Shown one piece after another: positions 1 to 13,990 of a stretch of 64,000 nucleotides of DNA. The notes beneath the pieces were generated by a model. That model was not told the DNA's origin. It did no database searches and worked only from the letters and a program-made list of their open reading frames with translations. The position numbers were made by a program, and so were the translations under genes. The stretch lies in contig JARFYF010000094.1 of assembly GCA_030265395.1 (NCBI GenBank), forward strand, positions 33,288,865-33,352,864, written 5' to 3'. Position 1 is the stretch's first letter; the number at the start of each line of letters is the position of its first letter. The stretch is from Rhina ancylostomus. Taxonomy: Eukaryota.

Positions 1-160
1 ATAATACTAAGCTGGGTAGCCATGTGGGTTGTGAGTTGGATGCAAAGAGGTTTCATGGGGATATGGACAGGCTAACTGAATGGACAAGGACATGGCAGGT
101 AAAATATGATGTGAAAAATGTGAGGTCTTCCACTTTGGTAGTTAAAATAGAGAAGTGGTG
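1..160 (+). mobile_element. CR1-type LINE ORF2 fragment (C-terminal reverse transcriptase)
   Basis: Translation GDMDRLTEWTRTWQVKYDVK resembles the CR1 motif DLDRLxEWAxxWQMxYNVxKC. Confidence 0.8.
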
Positions 161-640
161 TACAGCCAGTAACCCAATAACCAATGCTCTTATGTGTTTT
201 TTAAAATAGTGAATGATTGAAAGTGTTGTATTCCGAGGACCTAGGTGTAGTGCAAACTTTAATGGAAGATCAGAGGGGAAGCTACAATTATAGTTGAGAT
301 CAGTGAGACGCAATTTTTTCCACATTCAAACTAAGATGTCTCAGCCACTTGGGCACAGCAGTCAGGGAGGGTGACTCAGTCATTCAGCAGAAATTGCAAG
401 TCATTAGGTCTTCAGCAAATTGACCACCAAGACAATTGCATTTTACTTTCTTTTTCTTACGATATCAAAGGGGGCTATTTGGCCTATTCAGTTTATGTCA
501 GTTCCAGCAGTATCTCATTAATCCATCTTTCCCTTGTTATTTCCTTGTAAACTATTGTCTCTCACATGTCCATCAACTGTCCCTGATTCTCCTGGTGCCC
601 ACCTACAGTAGGAGTTATTTCCAGTGGCCAATTAATATTG

Positions 641-905
641 GGAACGGCAAGGTAGCATAGCAGTTAACGTGACGCTATTACAGAGCCAGCGATCGGGGTT
701 CATTCCCGTCGCTGTCTGTAAGGAGTTTGTACGTTCTCCCATGTCTGCGTGGGTTTCCTCTGGGGGCTCCGGTTTCCTCCCACATTCCAAAGATGGACGG
801 GTAGGTTAACGTGGGTTTAAAATGGGTGGTGTGGACTCATTGGGCCGGAAGGGCCTGTTACCACGCTGTAAATAAAATTTAAAAAATAATTTTAAAAAAT
901 TTAAA
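641..905 (+). mobile_element. tRNA-derived V-SINE with A/T-rich tail
   Basis: A-box-like ggtagcatagcagtt, B-box-like ggggttcattccc, V-domain ggagtttgtacgttctccc...gtgggtttcctc...ctccggtttcctcccacattccaaaga, and an aataaaatttaaaaaa tail. Confidence 0.85.
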
Positions 906-985
906 ATTCCAAGAAGCACATATTTGGAGTGTGGGAGGAAAGCATCCAGAAGATCATTGCAGCCACAGGGAGAACATGCAAACTC

Positions 986-1277
986 AAGGGCAGCTTCTAT
1001 CCTGCTGCTATAAGATTATTGAATGTTTCCCTAGTATGATACAATGGACCCTTGACCTCACAATCTACCTCGTTATGAACTTGCACCTTATTGTCCACCT
1101 GCACTGCACTTCCTCTGTAGCTGTGACACTTTACTCCTTTGCATTCTGCATTGTTTTACTTTATACTACCTCAGTGCACTGTATAATGAATTGATCTGTA
1201 TGAATGGTATGTAAGACAAGTTTTTCACTGTACCTTGGTACAAGTGATGATAATAAACCAATTCAGTTCAATTCAAT
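986..1277 (+). mobile_element. 3' end of a non-LTR retrotransposon with a (CAATT)-like simple tail; clade uncertain
   Basis: Ends taataaaccaattcagttcaattcaat; a related copy lies at about 20050-20225. Confidence 0.65.
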
Positions 1278-1394
1278 CCACACAGACAGCACTTGAGGTC
1301 AGGACTGAACCTGGGTCACTCGAGCTGTGATGAGATTAAGCAGACTAGAGTGAGATGAAAACAATAAATCAGGTTTTCAGAAAAGTTTAGAAAA

Positions 1395-1770
1395 CTGAGA
1401 GCTAACCTCATCGAAATACACAAAGTACTTAGAGGACTTGACAGGATAGAGGTAGTGTTGACGTTTCTATTGGCTGGCGCATCTAAAACCAGGAGTCATT
1501 ATCTTAAAATCAGGGGTCATTTATTCAGGGATCATCTAAAATGTGAGAAAATTTCTTCAGACAGAGGATGGTGAGCCATTGGAATTCCATGCCCAAGAGG
1601 GCTCAATCATTTATTATTTTTAATACCAAGTTCAGACGATTTTTGTACGTTAAGGGATCTGCATTTGAGCAGGAAAGTGGTACAGAGGTAAAAGATCAGC
1701 TCTAATTTTATTGAAGAGCAGAGCAGGAATGAGGAGCCAAAGGACCTATTGCTGCTTCTAATTCCTGCTC
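1395..1770 (+). mobile_element. Decayed CR1 LINE 3' end
   Basis: Encodes a degenerate LIETYKxLRGLDR...SRTRGHxLKI C-terminus followed by a typical 3'UTR ending ggacctattgctgcttctaattc. Confidence 0.75.
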
Positions 1771-2161
1771 TGTAAGATCCAAGGATAATAAACTTTCTCC
1801 GATCTGAACATTGTGTTCTGTTACATCAATTAAAGTTGGATCGGTCGGTAAATGTGGCGGTACAAGGCTGAGCCACCAAGACCAGCAGGTGGCAAGCTCC
1901 ATTGTGTGCTGGGTTTGTTGCTTTCACTGGAATAGCTGCTTTTCTGGATCAGTGGCCATGAGCATGAGAGAGGAAATCCCAGCTCATGGTTCTACTCCAA
2001 ACCACTAACATGAGTCATGCCTACAGAAATGCTGATTGAGAACATGCTTCAATGGAGAAGTGTTCCAAGCCTAGTTATTCTGGATCTATATGAAAGATCA
2101 GGCAGCATTTGTGGAAGGAAATGAACAGTTGACATTTCAGGTTGAGACCCTTCATCTGGAT

Positions 2162-2680
2162 GGTCCCCTAGTTTTAGACTCTCCTACCTGGAGAGAAAAA
2201 AACTGACCATTCACCTTATCTATGCCCCTCATGATTGTATATACCACTCTAAGGTCACCCTTCAGCCTCCTATGCTCTAGGGAAAAAAGCCCCAGCCTGT
2301 TCAGTCTCTCCTTATAACTCAAGCCTTCCTGTCCTGGTAACATTCTTGTGTCTCTTTTCTGCACCCTTTCCAGATTAATGACATCCTTCCTATAGCTAGG
2401 CCAGAACTGCACACAATAACTCCAAGTATGGTCTCACCAATGTTTTGTACAGTTATTACACAATGTCCCAACTCTTGTACTCAGTACCCTGGCTGATGAA
2501 AGCAAGCATTTCAAATGCCGCCTTCACCATCCCATCTAGCTGTGTCTACACTTTCAGGGAACTCTATACTTGTACCCCTAGGTCTCTCTGTTCTACAACA
2601 TTCTTCAGTGCCTTGCCATTTATTGAGCAAGTCCTGCCCTGGGTTAACTTACCAAAATGCAAGACTTCATACTTGTCAGT
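2162..2680 (-). mobile_element. CR1 LINE ORF2 C-terminal fragment
   Basis: ORF 2152-2412 reads QFWPSYRKDVINLERVQKRDTRMLPGQEGLSYKERLNRLGLFSLEHRRLKGDL, a classic CR1 C-terminus. Confidence 0.92.
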
Positions 2681-5600
2681 GTCAAGTTCCAGTTAAATAG
2701 ATATTGCAGTGGTGAGGATTGCTGAACTTAATTGTGTTTGTGCATGGTTTAGAGAGTTAACTTACTGATTAGCTGCACAGAGGAGATCAGAAATGCCCTG
2801 TTGAGGTCGATTGACAAATTACAATTACTCATCACACTGGGTTAGTTTTTTGACCACATTAATAATTTTACATTATTAATATACAGCACAATTAATTTAT
2901 GCTATTACTTAAACTCTACATGACATTCCATCTGTTTCAATTATCTCATCTCTGCCTTCCCAGCATGTTCAATAACACGTTAGTAAGCATCATATGATGG
3001 CCATTGTCCCATTTGAAAGGGGGAAAACAAAACTGATGTGAGGTGCTTTTCATTGCTTTTCCTAAACATGGAAAACTACCAATTATCACCTATTACTCCA
3101 CTGCACAGCTTTCAAGTTATTGGAGAGGGTTTTACTTATGCATTCACCAAATGGGTCTTGTGCAACAGGGACAAGTTGAGGTAACTTCCAATGAATTTTA
3201 AAAACTGGAGCCATTTTAATTGACTCTTCCTTTGCCAAAAGATAGGAAGCAAATATGAGTTTTTTGCCTAAGTATCAAGGATCATCACGAATGGTAGCAT
3301 TGTGCTACTGTTACCCTCCACACTGAGTAACTGCAAATACTGGCTGAAAAAAGTATACTATTTGCACAATGATCCACAGTGAAGCTGTATCCTGAACCTC
3401 TGCTGTCTCCTTCACTGTTCAACACATGCACACAATTATGTCAGGCAGGTCACAAATGTAAATTCTGTTATACTGAAGAGATCACCCTGTTGTACAATAT
3501 AAATACTTTAATGCCATAGGTCAGATTCTCACTCTTGACATGAAGCTAATGGCACAATTCTTTCACTGCTGGCAGTTTCACCCAAAGCTGTTGTTAAAGG
3601 CCCTTTCACTGAGACAATAAAACTGCCAAAAAGACACTAAAAGTCAGCATTTGTGGCCAATGGACTTGAAATGAGCACTATCGAAAATGTGTGTGTGTGT
3701 GTAACTGTGGATATTTAAGCAAGACTAAAATGCTTACAAAAAGAGGCATTTGTTAAACTCTGGGAGACGACTGACCATGCACAATGTGACTTGGATAGTG
3801 GTCTGATACTCAGTCAACGTAAAATCCCCACGTTAACTGAGGAAATGATCAGAATGGTCTTTGTTTATTTGTCATCAATTAAAACAACATTAAAATATTT
3901 TGGTTATTTATTTGGTGCATGTTATTTAGGTGCTAATTTGCATGGGAGAAGCCTATTGGAAAGCATATGCAGAAATGGTGATCCATGCATAAAAGTGTTT
4001 TCTTGCTGTTTTAATAAACATGAGATTAAATGTATTCTTATAATATTAGGTTGTTTACTGTTTTAATAAATAGCAAACTCTTTATATAGATTAACACCTT
4101 CATTAAAATAGTGGGAAAATGTCTGCAAATGCATAGAATATTTACTCCTTGGTGTCATCAATAAAAAGAAAATAAGCTGGTATTCAACCTGCCTACTCCT
4201 GCCCTACCAAACTCATCTTCTCTCTCCAACAAGCTATTATTCAACCGCTTTTTCAAAATGATGAGAAGGTAACAAGCTGAGCTAAAGGTTAGGGTTGTTG
4301 CAATGTAATCTGAATTATAGTCAATTGGTGCATGTTCCATTTCTTCCTAATGTCTTTATCCAAAAGCAAAGATTTTCCATCTCCTGGTGATTCAGACTAG
4401 CTGCAGCTAATCTTGCAAACTAAAAGTAAGTTAAGTCAGTTGATGAGTTCAAAAGGGGCAGGGAGGGTTGACTTGGAGCAGGAAATGAGCAGAAGCATGT
4501 AATCGTATGTATGCAGAACCTTGGCTTCCACTTCCTGCCATCTATTCCCTTGACAGGGGTGGTGCATAATTGTTATTGGCAGTGTTTGCAGTGCCAGAAT
4601 ACAAACAAAAGGACAGGTGTCTGTGCACAGGATGCAAGAAACTAAGATAGTCACTCCCTTTGAAAACATGTTGAATTTTGAGCTAGCAACTTTCTTTCAA
4701 CAACAATAATGCCATGTAAAGCACTTTTCAAAAGGTAAAATATCCCAAAGTACTTCACAGGAGCACATATTCTGAAATTAGCACTGATGGACAAATGCTT
4801 ATTAAAGGATTGATTTTTTAAGGCATTTCTTGAGGGAGGAAGAGGTGGTGGAGGGATTTCAAGAGAAAATTGAAGAACTGAAGTTTGGATACAATAATGA
4901 TGTAATTATGACTGGGGGTTTATAAGAGGACAAAGCTGGAGGAACAGATACCTTGAAGGGAGTAAGATAATGGTTATGAAAGCGCAAAACCATGAATGAG
5001 CCTGCATGGTAAATCATTCCATGTTTTACTTTCTCTCTATTTCAAGGAAGTGGGCATGATTGACAGAGCACATAGCATGGATGAAAAGAAGCATGAGGTA
5101 TCAATCTAGCTTTTAGGTTTTGTTTTCACCATCAAGTTCACTATGTATCGAGTAAACCTATGAATGAATTTGGGAATTGGGAAGTATTGCAGATTGTCAA
5201 AGGCAAGGATTCTGGGTAGAAGACAAGATACAGGTGGCAAACTTGAACTAGGAATGCACTGGATGTTTTTCTTTGGGCATGATAGAGGATTTCAGGATGC
5301 TCTGCCTGAACAAATAGTCCGAGTGTAGTCATGATATGACTGCCCCCAAATTAACATTCTGACCTTTGGCTCATTAGAATAATATTCCCTGTCGTTATTT
5401 TTAAGCGGTAGAAATTTCTCCTGTACTAAATGTTTGTGGGTGAGTCTCAGCAGAGAGTACAACCAGTAATCCATGTTCTTCCATCCATTTATCACTTAGG
5501 ACTAAAGACAAATTTCCATCTCCCCATCAACGCCAAGCTCCACAAGATTGGGAGAGTATGTGACCTAAGTTGATGTTAACCATAGGTTGAAGAGTTTGAA

Positions 5601-7907
5601 AAGATAAGGAAGAGGTAAGGCGTAAAAAGATTTGTAAATCAAAACAAAAATTTTGAATGTAATAATTTGCTCAAGAGACAATCAATAGGAGGTGGCAAAA
5701 TGTTGCAAATGTTCCTGTTTAGACAAAAGCGAGAGTTTAAGTGGCCAGGGTTGACAGCGTACGAAAAGTGTGAGCCTGGAGGTTCATATTTGCATAATCT
5801 ACATTTTGTAGATGTATTATACATGCATTTGGCCTATATCTTTGATTCAGTGTTACAGTTCCTCTCCTTGCCTATTCTCCTTTTTCAATGTCCTGTTCCC
5901 ATTGAAGTGTTGGACAGAAAGTGAGGCATCGGGTATTGCATTAGTAAAGTGGTTACCATTTGGTGTTGTATTACCATATCCTTTGTGATTATAAACATAA
6001 TGTAACATTTCTGCTGCTGGTACTCTCCTCTTGTGTTTTTCTCCTCCAGCATTTTGGCTGCATTTGGATCTTCAACAGAATTTTAACACTATATTGACAT
6101 TTCTGGGGGGGGAATATCAACAGTGTTTGTATTTCAATAACTGGGTTCCTTTCAGAGGAAAATATCTTCACCCATAATTTAACCAATTCATATTTTGCAG
6201 GAATTTCTGCTGATAATCTGTCAAATGTCTGTTTGCAGCAACAGCACAATCAACATTAATCTTAAATAGTTGTCATTGTGTGTAAATTTACAGAATACTG
6301 ACTAATTCAAAGTGCTGGAGTCCTGTTTATGTTAAAGTCACTCAGACTGCCAATGAACTGTGATCAGCTCTTGCAGCTTTATGATTTCTCTCAGTCCTAT
6401 TTTAAGAATAAATATTGCTCTTCTGCTGCTTTTCTCAACTTATCAGACTTAAGACAATGCCATAAAGTGGTCAAAAAATCAGTGCAAGTTCTAATTTCTT
6501 TCACTGTTAATGAGGGATCAGAGCATTTGGAATTGTTCATTGATTATTCTTAGACAAAGGTTGCTGTTGTAGCTTAGTATGTTCTTGATGCATAGAACTC
6601 TTCAGTTCCCCAAATGCTCAGATTTCCCAATTCATGCTTGCCTGTACTTTGCCATTAACACAAAAGAAGGAATCACACAAGAGTTTCATTTGAACTCGTG
6701 AGAACATCCCTTCTGCACCTTGTACAATAGATAGATAGATGTTTTAACACCAGTCCACAGGGAGACTGGAGAGAGGGAAATTTATCTTTAGGGTCTGCTG
6801 GGCATTTTCTATGCATTAAGAGCTTTTGAAAATTATCTTCATCTTGGCCATTATCCATTTTTGTGATAACAGGTGAGTCCTCTTTCAGTTGCACTGAAAC
6901 GAAATTAGCATCTGGAAGTTCCAATGCACTCTCAGTGGTGAATTGTCATAGCAACGGAACAGCCACCATGTTGGCTTTTGTCTCACTGCAACAGAATTTG
7001 ACCATCAATCATAAGTTACAGGGCCTTGCACATTTACCTAATCAGAACTGTGCCCTCCAGTCATCCTCCACCTGAGACCATGGCAAAAGCAGCACTGAAC
7101 TTGGAGCAATGTCATCATCTCCTTTGCCGACGTCAGGGTTGCATGGCTCACAATAGGAAGTGCCAGCTGAATTTCTCAACTGGTGCTGAAAGAAAATATA
7201 CTGTGTCTCCAATTTCCAGGACAAAAGAAAAATCCTGGGATTTGAAGCACTTTAAGTTTAGCTCATTCCTCTTTTGTTCTGAGTAGCTGCGAAACAGCCA
7301 CCAAAATAGCTGAGTAATTAAAAATGTAGAAGTACATTGACAACCCAAAGGTAAGAGTGTTAAAATTATAAGGACTTGGCCTTTACTGCTTGCAGGATAG
7401 TACTTCAATCATTGTAACTATTTGCTGACAGTTAACAGGATTTAAACTAATGACAAGAAGCTCATTGTCTCCATGTTGTGCCATTTATCTGCTGCCCCCA
7501 GAGGTACATTTTTGAAAATGACCATGACAACAGCCATCTTCAACTGATTATCTTGTGTAGTTTGAATCCAGTCTTAATGAGTGTCTCTTGGGTCAGGCCT
7601 GCCTTTCTCAAAATTAAGAGCCCATATTATAATAATGGCTGGTATAAATTCAGTGTGTTAATTGTCAGACGTTTTGCCAAAATATCCATTTCCCTTTTTA
7701 TCACTGAACATTTTGATTCTATGCTAGCTCTTTCAGTGCAGGAGATTCATTTTAGATTGCTCTGATTTATAATGACTGCAGTTTATAAACAAAATCTTTA
7801 CTCAAAAGCCTAACACATTGATTTTTTTTACCTGAATGATGTGCATGTGGCTCCTCTAACCATCTGGTTCTCTCTGACTCTCTCTTTAACAATTGCTCTA
7901 TTTATCA

Positions 7908-8775
7908 CATCAGATGGACTTGGACAGGTTGGGAGAGTGGGCAAAGAAATGGCAGATGGAATACAGTGTAGGGAAGTGTGGAATTATGCACTTTGGTAGG
8001 AAGAATAAAGGTGTAAACTATTTTCTAAATGGGGAGAAAATTAAAAATTCAGAGGTGCAAAGGGATTTGGGAGTTCGAGTTCTGAAGGTTAACTTGCAGG
8101 TAGAGTCAATAGTAAAGAAGGCAAATGAAATGTTAGCATTCATTTCGGGAGGACTAGAATATAAAAGCCAGGATGTACTGCTGAGGCTTTATAAGGCATT
8201 GGTTTGACTGCATTTGGAATATTGTGAGCAATTTTGGGCCCTGTATCTAAGGAAAGATGTGTTGGCCCTGGAGACGGTCCAGNNNNNNNNNNNNNNNNNN
8301 NNNNNNNNNNNNNNNNNNNNNNNNNNNNNNNNNNNNNNNNNNNNNNNNNNNNNNNNNNNNNNNNNNNNNNNNNNNNNNNNNNNNNNNNNNNNNNNNNNNN
8401 NNNNNNNNNNNNNNNNNNNNNNNNNNNNNNNNNNNNNNNNNNNNNNNNNNNNNNNNNNNNNNNNNNNNNNNNNNNNNNNNNNNNNNNNNNNNNNNNNNNN
8501 NNNNNNNNNNNNNNNNNNNNNNNNNNNNNNNNNNNNNNNNNNNNNNNNNNNNNNNNNNNNNNNNNNNNNNNNNNNNNNNNNNNNNNNNNNNNNNNNNNNN
8601 NNNNNNNNNNNNNNNNNNNNNNNNNNNNNNNNNNNATAGGTTCTTGATTGGTAAAGGAGTTAAGGGTTGTGGGGAGGAGGCGAGACCGTGAGGTTGGAAA
8701 CATTAGCCATGATTGAATGTGGGGCAGAATCAATGGGCTGAATGGCCTACTTCTGCTCCTACACCTTATGGTCAC
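7908..8775 (+). mobile_element. 5'-truncated CR1 LINE spanning an N gap
   Basis: QMDLDRLGEWAKKWQMEYSVGKC...LLRLYKALV and EYCEQFWALYLRKDVLALETVQ; 3'UTR gggctgaatggcctacttctgctcct after the gap. Confidence 0.93.
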
Positions 8776-11700
8776 CTGGGACCATCCACATAACACAACA
8801 GAATAAAATAATACCTTTTGATTCTGGGCTAGTTCTTGATCTTTTTTCAGAGCTATCCATGGGAATCTTTTACTTTGCTCTCTCTCCCTCCATCATTTTA
8901 TATTTATCGGTTATGATTACCTATCCAATGCAATCTTGAACCATTTGAATTACCAGTGTACACCTATCTGGAAATTAATCTCCCATTGGTAAGACTAAAG
9001 AGACTGAAATGGAATTAATTCTGGAGACAGATCAAGTCATACTATTGCCACTAGAGACCTTGTGATTGGAAGGCAAATTTCTAGGTAATAATATTTTATT
9101 ATCCTTCCAACTTCACCTTCTATTCTTCTGTGCCTTCCCTGATACCAACATGACAACCAGATGAAATCACATTTTGCTGATTAACCTCTCAAAAGCATTC
9201 ATCCTTTTGGAAGCCTCCACTATTCATTGTTCTAATCTCTCTATTACAGTGAAAGAAACATGTTTTCTGAGCTTTGTCCAGGATTAATCCAATAATAATA
9301 ATAAGCTCATCTGATGAATCTTTGCTGTGCCATGGAACTGGACAGTGCAGTGCCTGATCTTTCTTTGCTACAAGTGCCAGTTTATTTGCTCCTCATGCCC
9401 CTTTGGACCCGTTCTTTGGAGAATTATGCACCATTATTCTGTGAGGTCACCTTTTCACCATCATCTTTGGAATTCATCGGGGTTATTCCAATTCTGTGAT
9501 TCTGATGTGGCTGAAGAATCCCTATGTGGGAACTGCAGACTGCCACAAGAGAGGCAGGATGTGCGTAATAGGGTGTACTATTTGGGACGTTGTGTACTTT
9601 GTCCACTGTTTGCACATGGCTCCCACGTGCTTCTGTCACAGACTCTGAAATGCTTAGTGCCTCCTTGATGCTGCTCCTCCATTTAATGAAATCAGCAACC
9701 CTCTCCAACTGAATGGGATTGCTGCTTCTGTGTCACTCAGGGCTAATGTAAGGGACTGGGTGCAAAGATATACAAGCTCCTCAGTTCAGTACAATCCAGA
9801 ACTGCCATGGATTTGATGGTGAGCCTAGCAATGGAGCAGAAGACATAATGCGACACCATCTGATCTTCAGCACATTTGCAGAGTGCATTGCAGTGCACAG
9901 ACCCAAAAGGCAAAGACAAGCTAAACATTAGAGGATCACAGAACAGAAGTAATCCAGATCACAGTTCAGACCAGCCTATTAAGTATATTTAAGTATGAGT
10001 TAGCAATTTGGACTAACTTGCAGTCCTAGGTTATGGGGAAAGTGGACTTGAGCCCCAACATCAGATCAATGGTAGAGCAGTGTGGAGGGAGAGTATGATC
10101 TGGTGCTGCTTCTACTTATGGCTAACACTTCAGAGTAGTACTGGGGTGTTACCTTTTCTGCTAAGATTTCAAATCAAAAGACTCTTTTTTTCAATGCATA
10201 TAAAAGCCCTTTCTGTGTTTATCAACTCTGCCTGTAACATTTTCTTTCTCCATTTATCCAAGAGAGCCCTCCTTTTACAAACATCCTTAACCCTGGTGAG
10301 ATCGGAAGAATGCTAGTTCCCACTGCCCAGAGGAAGCTGGGTGGAGTGGGAGTTGAAATGAAGTAGGTCAATTATCTTCTCTTTCCCTAATCTGGAACAA
10401 ACCAGAATGTTTCACTGGAAACCTTGTGTATTTACAGATATTGATATATTTATTCAAAGCAAAAAATTTATTTAGCAGACTGACAGCAGTTGTGCAAGTT
10501 TGATGGTTGATGGTTAGGAATGACAAATAGGAGTGGATATCAGTTTCAGGAGTGGTGTGGGTTTGATACTGATGGTCAGAGTGGTATCAGTTGGAATAAA
10601 CAGGTCACTGGGTTGAAGTGGAGAAATGTCTGGTAGTATTGAGAGATTTGGTGTATAGAGATTATTCATGCCAGGGTCATGAGTTGGTAATGCCTACTCA
10701 AGAGGGTTGAATGAAGTAAAGGACCTTGTAGGAGATTTAGGTAAATACCTGCCTTATAGGGTACGTACTTGGGTTAGATTGGCAGTGTTGACCTTTGAGT
10801 TGCTCAGGCAAGTCTCCATTCAAACCTGTTCAAGCAGATCTGCTATAGTATAGAAGTCTGCTTCAGCTTGGACGATGTAGGTGCAGCATTCATTATTAAA
10901 AAATTATGGAAACAGTATCCAGCACATGATGCATGCTGCTGGATTCTGCTGTGCATGTCTGGGATCCTTGATGCATTAGTACATCAGCTAGATGGGGAAT
11001 TGCATGCAAAAAAATATTATTCAACTTGCAATAAGTTCCCAATATTTCAATTACATTAGTTTTCTTTTATTCTAACTCAATCAGGTCATGAACAAAGCCT
11101 GTTGGTACATAATACATTTTCAAAGCTGTACAGTTTTATTGCAAATTCAAGACAGTAGAAGGTCTTCCTCATTAGCAGTATCCCTGTGACAGAGAATAAA
11201 GATTCCACCATACCAGAATTAAGAGGTTTAATAAAGTAGCAGAAGAACTCCTGTCCTCAAACCAAAAGTAATAATTAGAATTAATATTTGGGTCTAGAGC
11301 TCCACTTTTGAGTTTCCTATTGTACCATTTCAGTAAAAGTAGTAGAAAGAAGTACTTAGTCTCCATTGAATAACAATTCTAAGATCCATAAGTCTGCTCA
11401 TTGTGTTGAATTTTCTGTCCACCTCTCTCTTCATGAGAGAGTCTTAACCTATGGCACCTCCTATAGCCTCAAGTGTTACATTGGGGAGCACTTTATGATG
11501 ATCCATTGTGTTGAATTGCAAAAATCAATTTCCTGCTCTAAAATCAAGTCTGTTTTTATTGAGGTGGCTGAATTTTGAGATGCAGGTGCTCTGCAGACAT
11601 TAAAGGCTCAATTCACCAATTCAGTGAAGAACCTCACTGGAAGGGTTGCATAGTAGGTGTAGCTTCAGTGTAGCACAATTTTAAACATCCACACAGTTTG

Positions 11701-13699
11701 AGCATGGTTTACTGCTAGATTCATAAATTTATTACTTGAGTTCCTCTCATAATGGGGCTCACTGAACTGCATACATAGTTGAATTCCCAAGCAAAACTGC
11801 AAGTAAATATTTAGTATAAATGCATTATCCATGTCCTGGCAGACCCATGCTAATATTTCCCACCATGATTCCTTTTTGTTTAAAAAAGACATTCCATTTT
11901 TTATACTCTATCTTTATGTGTTGCTTAAATATACTTTTCAACCTTTTTCCTGCCACTCACAATTTGTTTCTCCCTACCTCTTGTAATACACAGTAATTCT
12001 CTATTGACTTCTAGTACTAATTACTTTTTGATGCCTCAAATAAAATAATTTTGCTTAGCCTTTAGGTTATTCTAGACCTTTTCATTCAGTCACTGTTATT
12101 TTTCTCCATTTTCTCTTGGGGATAGACTTCCTTTCTGCATCCCTTAAATTAATCATTAAAATTCTTCATTTTTCTTCAATTTATTTTCTTGTGCTGCCTC
12201 CCACTTGTTCCTTTCTGAAACCTGTTTCATAGCTTAAAAGTTTGCTCTCTTAAAGGCTTATACTTCAGCACTGCAGTTTTCATGAAGAAGATCCTAACTG
12301 CAGTATAAATTGAAATGTCTAATCATTACTGGAATCTGAGTGTTCATCTGCTTCAAGGTTATTAATTATTTCTGGTGTACTGTTAAATATGAAATCAATT
12401 TAAAATCTTCCATGCATCAGCTTCCATGTTGTGTTTTGAATCATTCCTTCTGTAAAACTGCTTCCAGCACTGCCTCTCAGTTGTCCACTTGAATTCTCGG
12501 ACATGTATCTCATGATGATCACATTTCCTGAAGCCGCTCATTGCTTGAGCAGCCTACTGCTTCTTCACCTTGAGCCAAGTCATTGGCAGTTTCCATTTGC
12601 CACACTTCATTGTGCAGTGAAATTTGAAATGCAGAGCACTCAGCATTCCCTGTATCTCAAGTTAAGTTACCAATGAATACACTTTGAGGTCCTAGTACAT
12701 GGAACCTGAAGCAAGGCTGACAAACTGATTATAGCTGTTGGATTTTAAAAGGGCCATTATGCTGACATCAGTACCTGATAGGTAAGATAAACCAATTAGT
12801 CAAAAGTAGGGGTTGGTAACTTTTTCATTCAAATTTACCTTTCACCGCCAGCAACCACCATCGATGCCCCCACCTCCCTGCTCCCACTTCAGCCTTGCAA
12901 GACTACATTTCTGCTTTCTTCTTTCTTGTTCTGAAGAATTGATAGTCTGACTGTTGTTTGCTGGTATCTAAAGCCAAGCCTGTTGAGTGACAGTGGCACA
13001 TGCAACCAATGGTTTATCACAGTTNNNNNNNNNNNNNNNNNNNNNNNNNNNNNNNNNNNNNNNNNNNNNNNNNNNNNNNNNNNNNNNNNNNNNNNNNNNN
13101 NNNNNNNNNNNNNNNNNNNNNNNNACCTCACTCAAAATGTATGCAGACTACCACAAGAATAATGGCTTCTAAAAATCCTTTGTTGACTTTAACCCCTCTA
13201 GAAGCTGCTTAATGCTGACACTGCCACCCAAGTCTATTCCCTCTCTGTGGAGCAAAGGAAAAGTTCTCCGACTGAATTATTGCTAGATTGCAGAGGGTAA
13301 TTTAAGAATGGTTTTGGCAGAACGCTGGGAACAGTTTGCCCACCAGTCCAATGAGCAAAAGAGATCCTGTCCTTCGTCAATGTGTATGGAGAGATGGATA
13401 AGTCTTATGGTAGCTCCCAATTAGAATGTAGCCAAACATCACTAAGGTTGCAAACTTCAGTAGCCTGGACCTGTTGTCAAAAAGGGACTTAAGGATTAAT
13501 GAAGGATATTAATTTCAGTTAGGTATATTATATTTTTAAATATTTTATTGTATTTTTGGTGATTCTCTTGATTAAACATATATTAAGATGTGCATGAAAA
13601 ATAATATTACAAATTAGGAAATTCTGTTCTTGCTCAGTGTGGCCCTTTCAGAAAATGGGTGGAAATGGTTATGTCTATAAAGGAGAGTTGCTTTGACAT

Positions 13700-13990
13700 G
13701 GAAAGATAGAATTTGCATTTTTATTGAATATTGTGAAATCTTCAAAACATTCCAAAGAACTTTAAAGGCAATTGGTTGAGTTTTGAAGCTGCAGCCAATT
13801 ATGTAGCAAACACTTCACAGACATCAAGGAACCACACACAGGAAATCCATGATAAATCGGACCATCTGTTTCTGGTAGACTGCTTGTCCAATAAGGACTT
13901 GTTCCTCTTCCAATACAGCCATTGGATCTTTAACATCCTCCTGAGTTGAATAGAGTAGGATGTGGTGGAACAGGGAGGAGGGTGTTGGGA
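13700..13990 (-). mobile_element. Highly decayed DeuSINE-like remnant
   Basis: Resembles the clearer copy at 26010-26345 (ccaaagaacttt...ttttgaag...gcagccaatt). Confidence 0.45.

Larger units (their letters stand above)
470..1335 (-). mobile_element. Old V-SINE (HE1-like) in reverse orientation, split by two later insertions
   Basis: Three collinear pieces: tail about 470-636; V-core about 910-985 (tttggagtgtgggaggaa...cagggagaacatgcaaactc); head about 1278-1335 (ccacacagacagcac...gaggtcaggactgaacctgggtc, a reverse B-box). Confidence 0.7.

Noticed and set aside
641-715. tRNA gene
   Set aside because: The A/B-box-like head runs straight into a V-SINE core and I see no cloverleaf; it is a SINE head.
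6880-7200. More GC-balanced, coding-looking stretches (also about 9480-9930, 58810-59010 and 60620-60800) as exons of an unknown gene
   Set aside because: I found no consistent splice sites, open frame or recognisable protein; they are more likely very old DNA-transposon debris that I cannot classify.
8140-8796. Long ORFs spanning X runs (also 29854-30944 and 54353-54763)
   Set aside because: Their length is an artefact of N gaps containing no stop codons.
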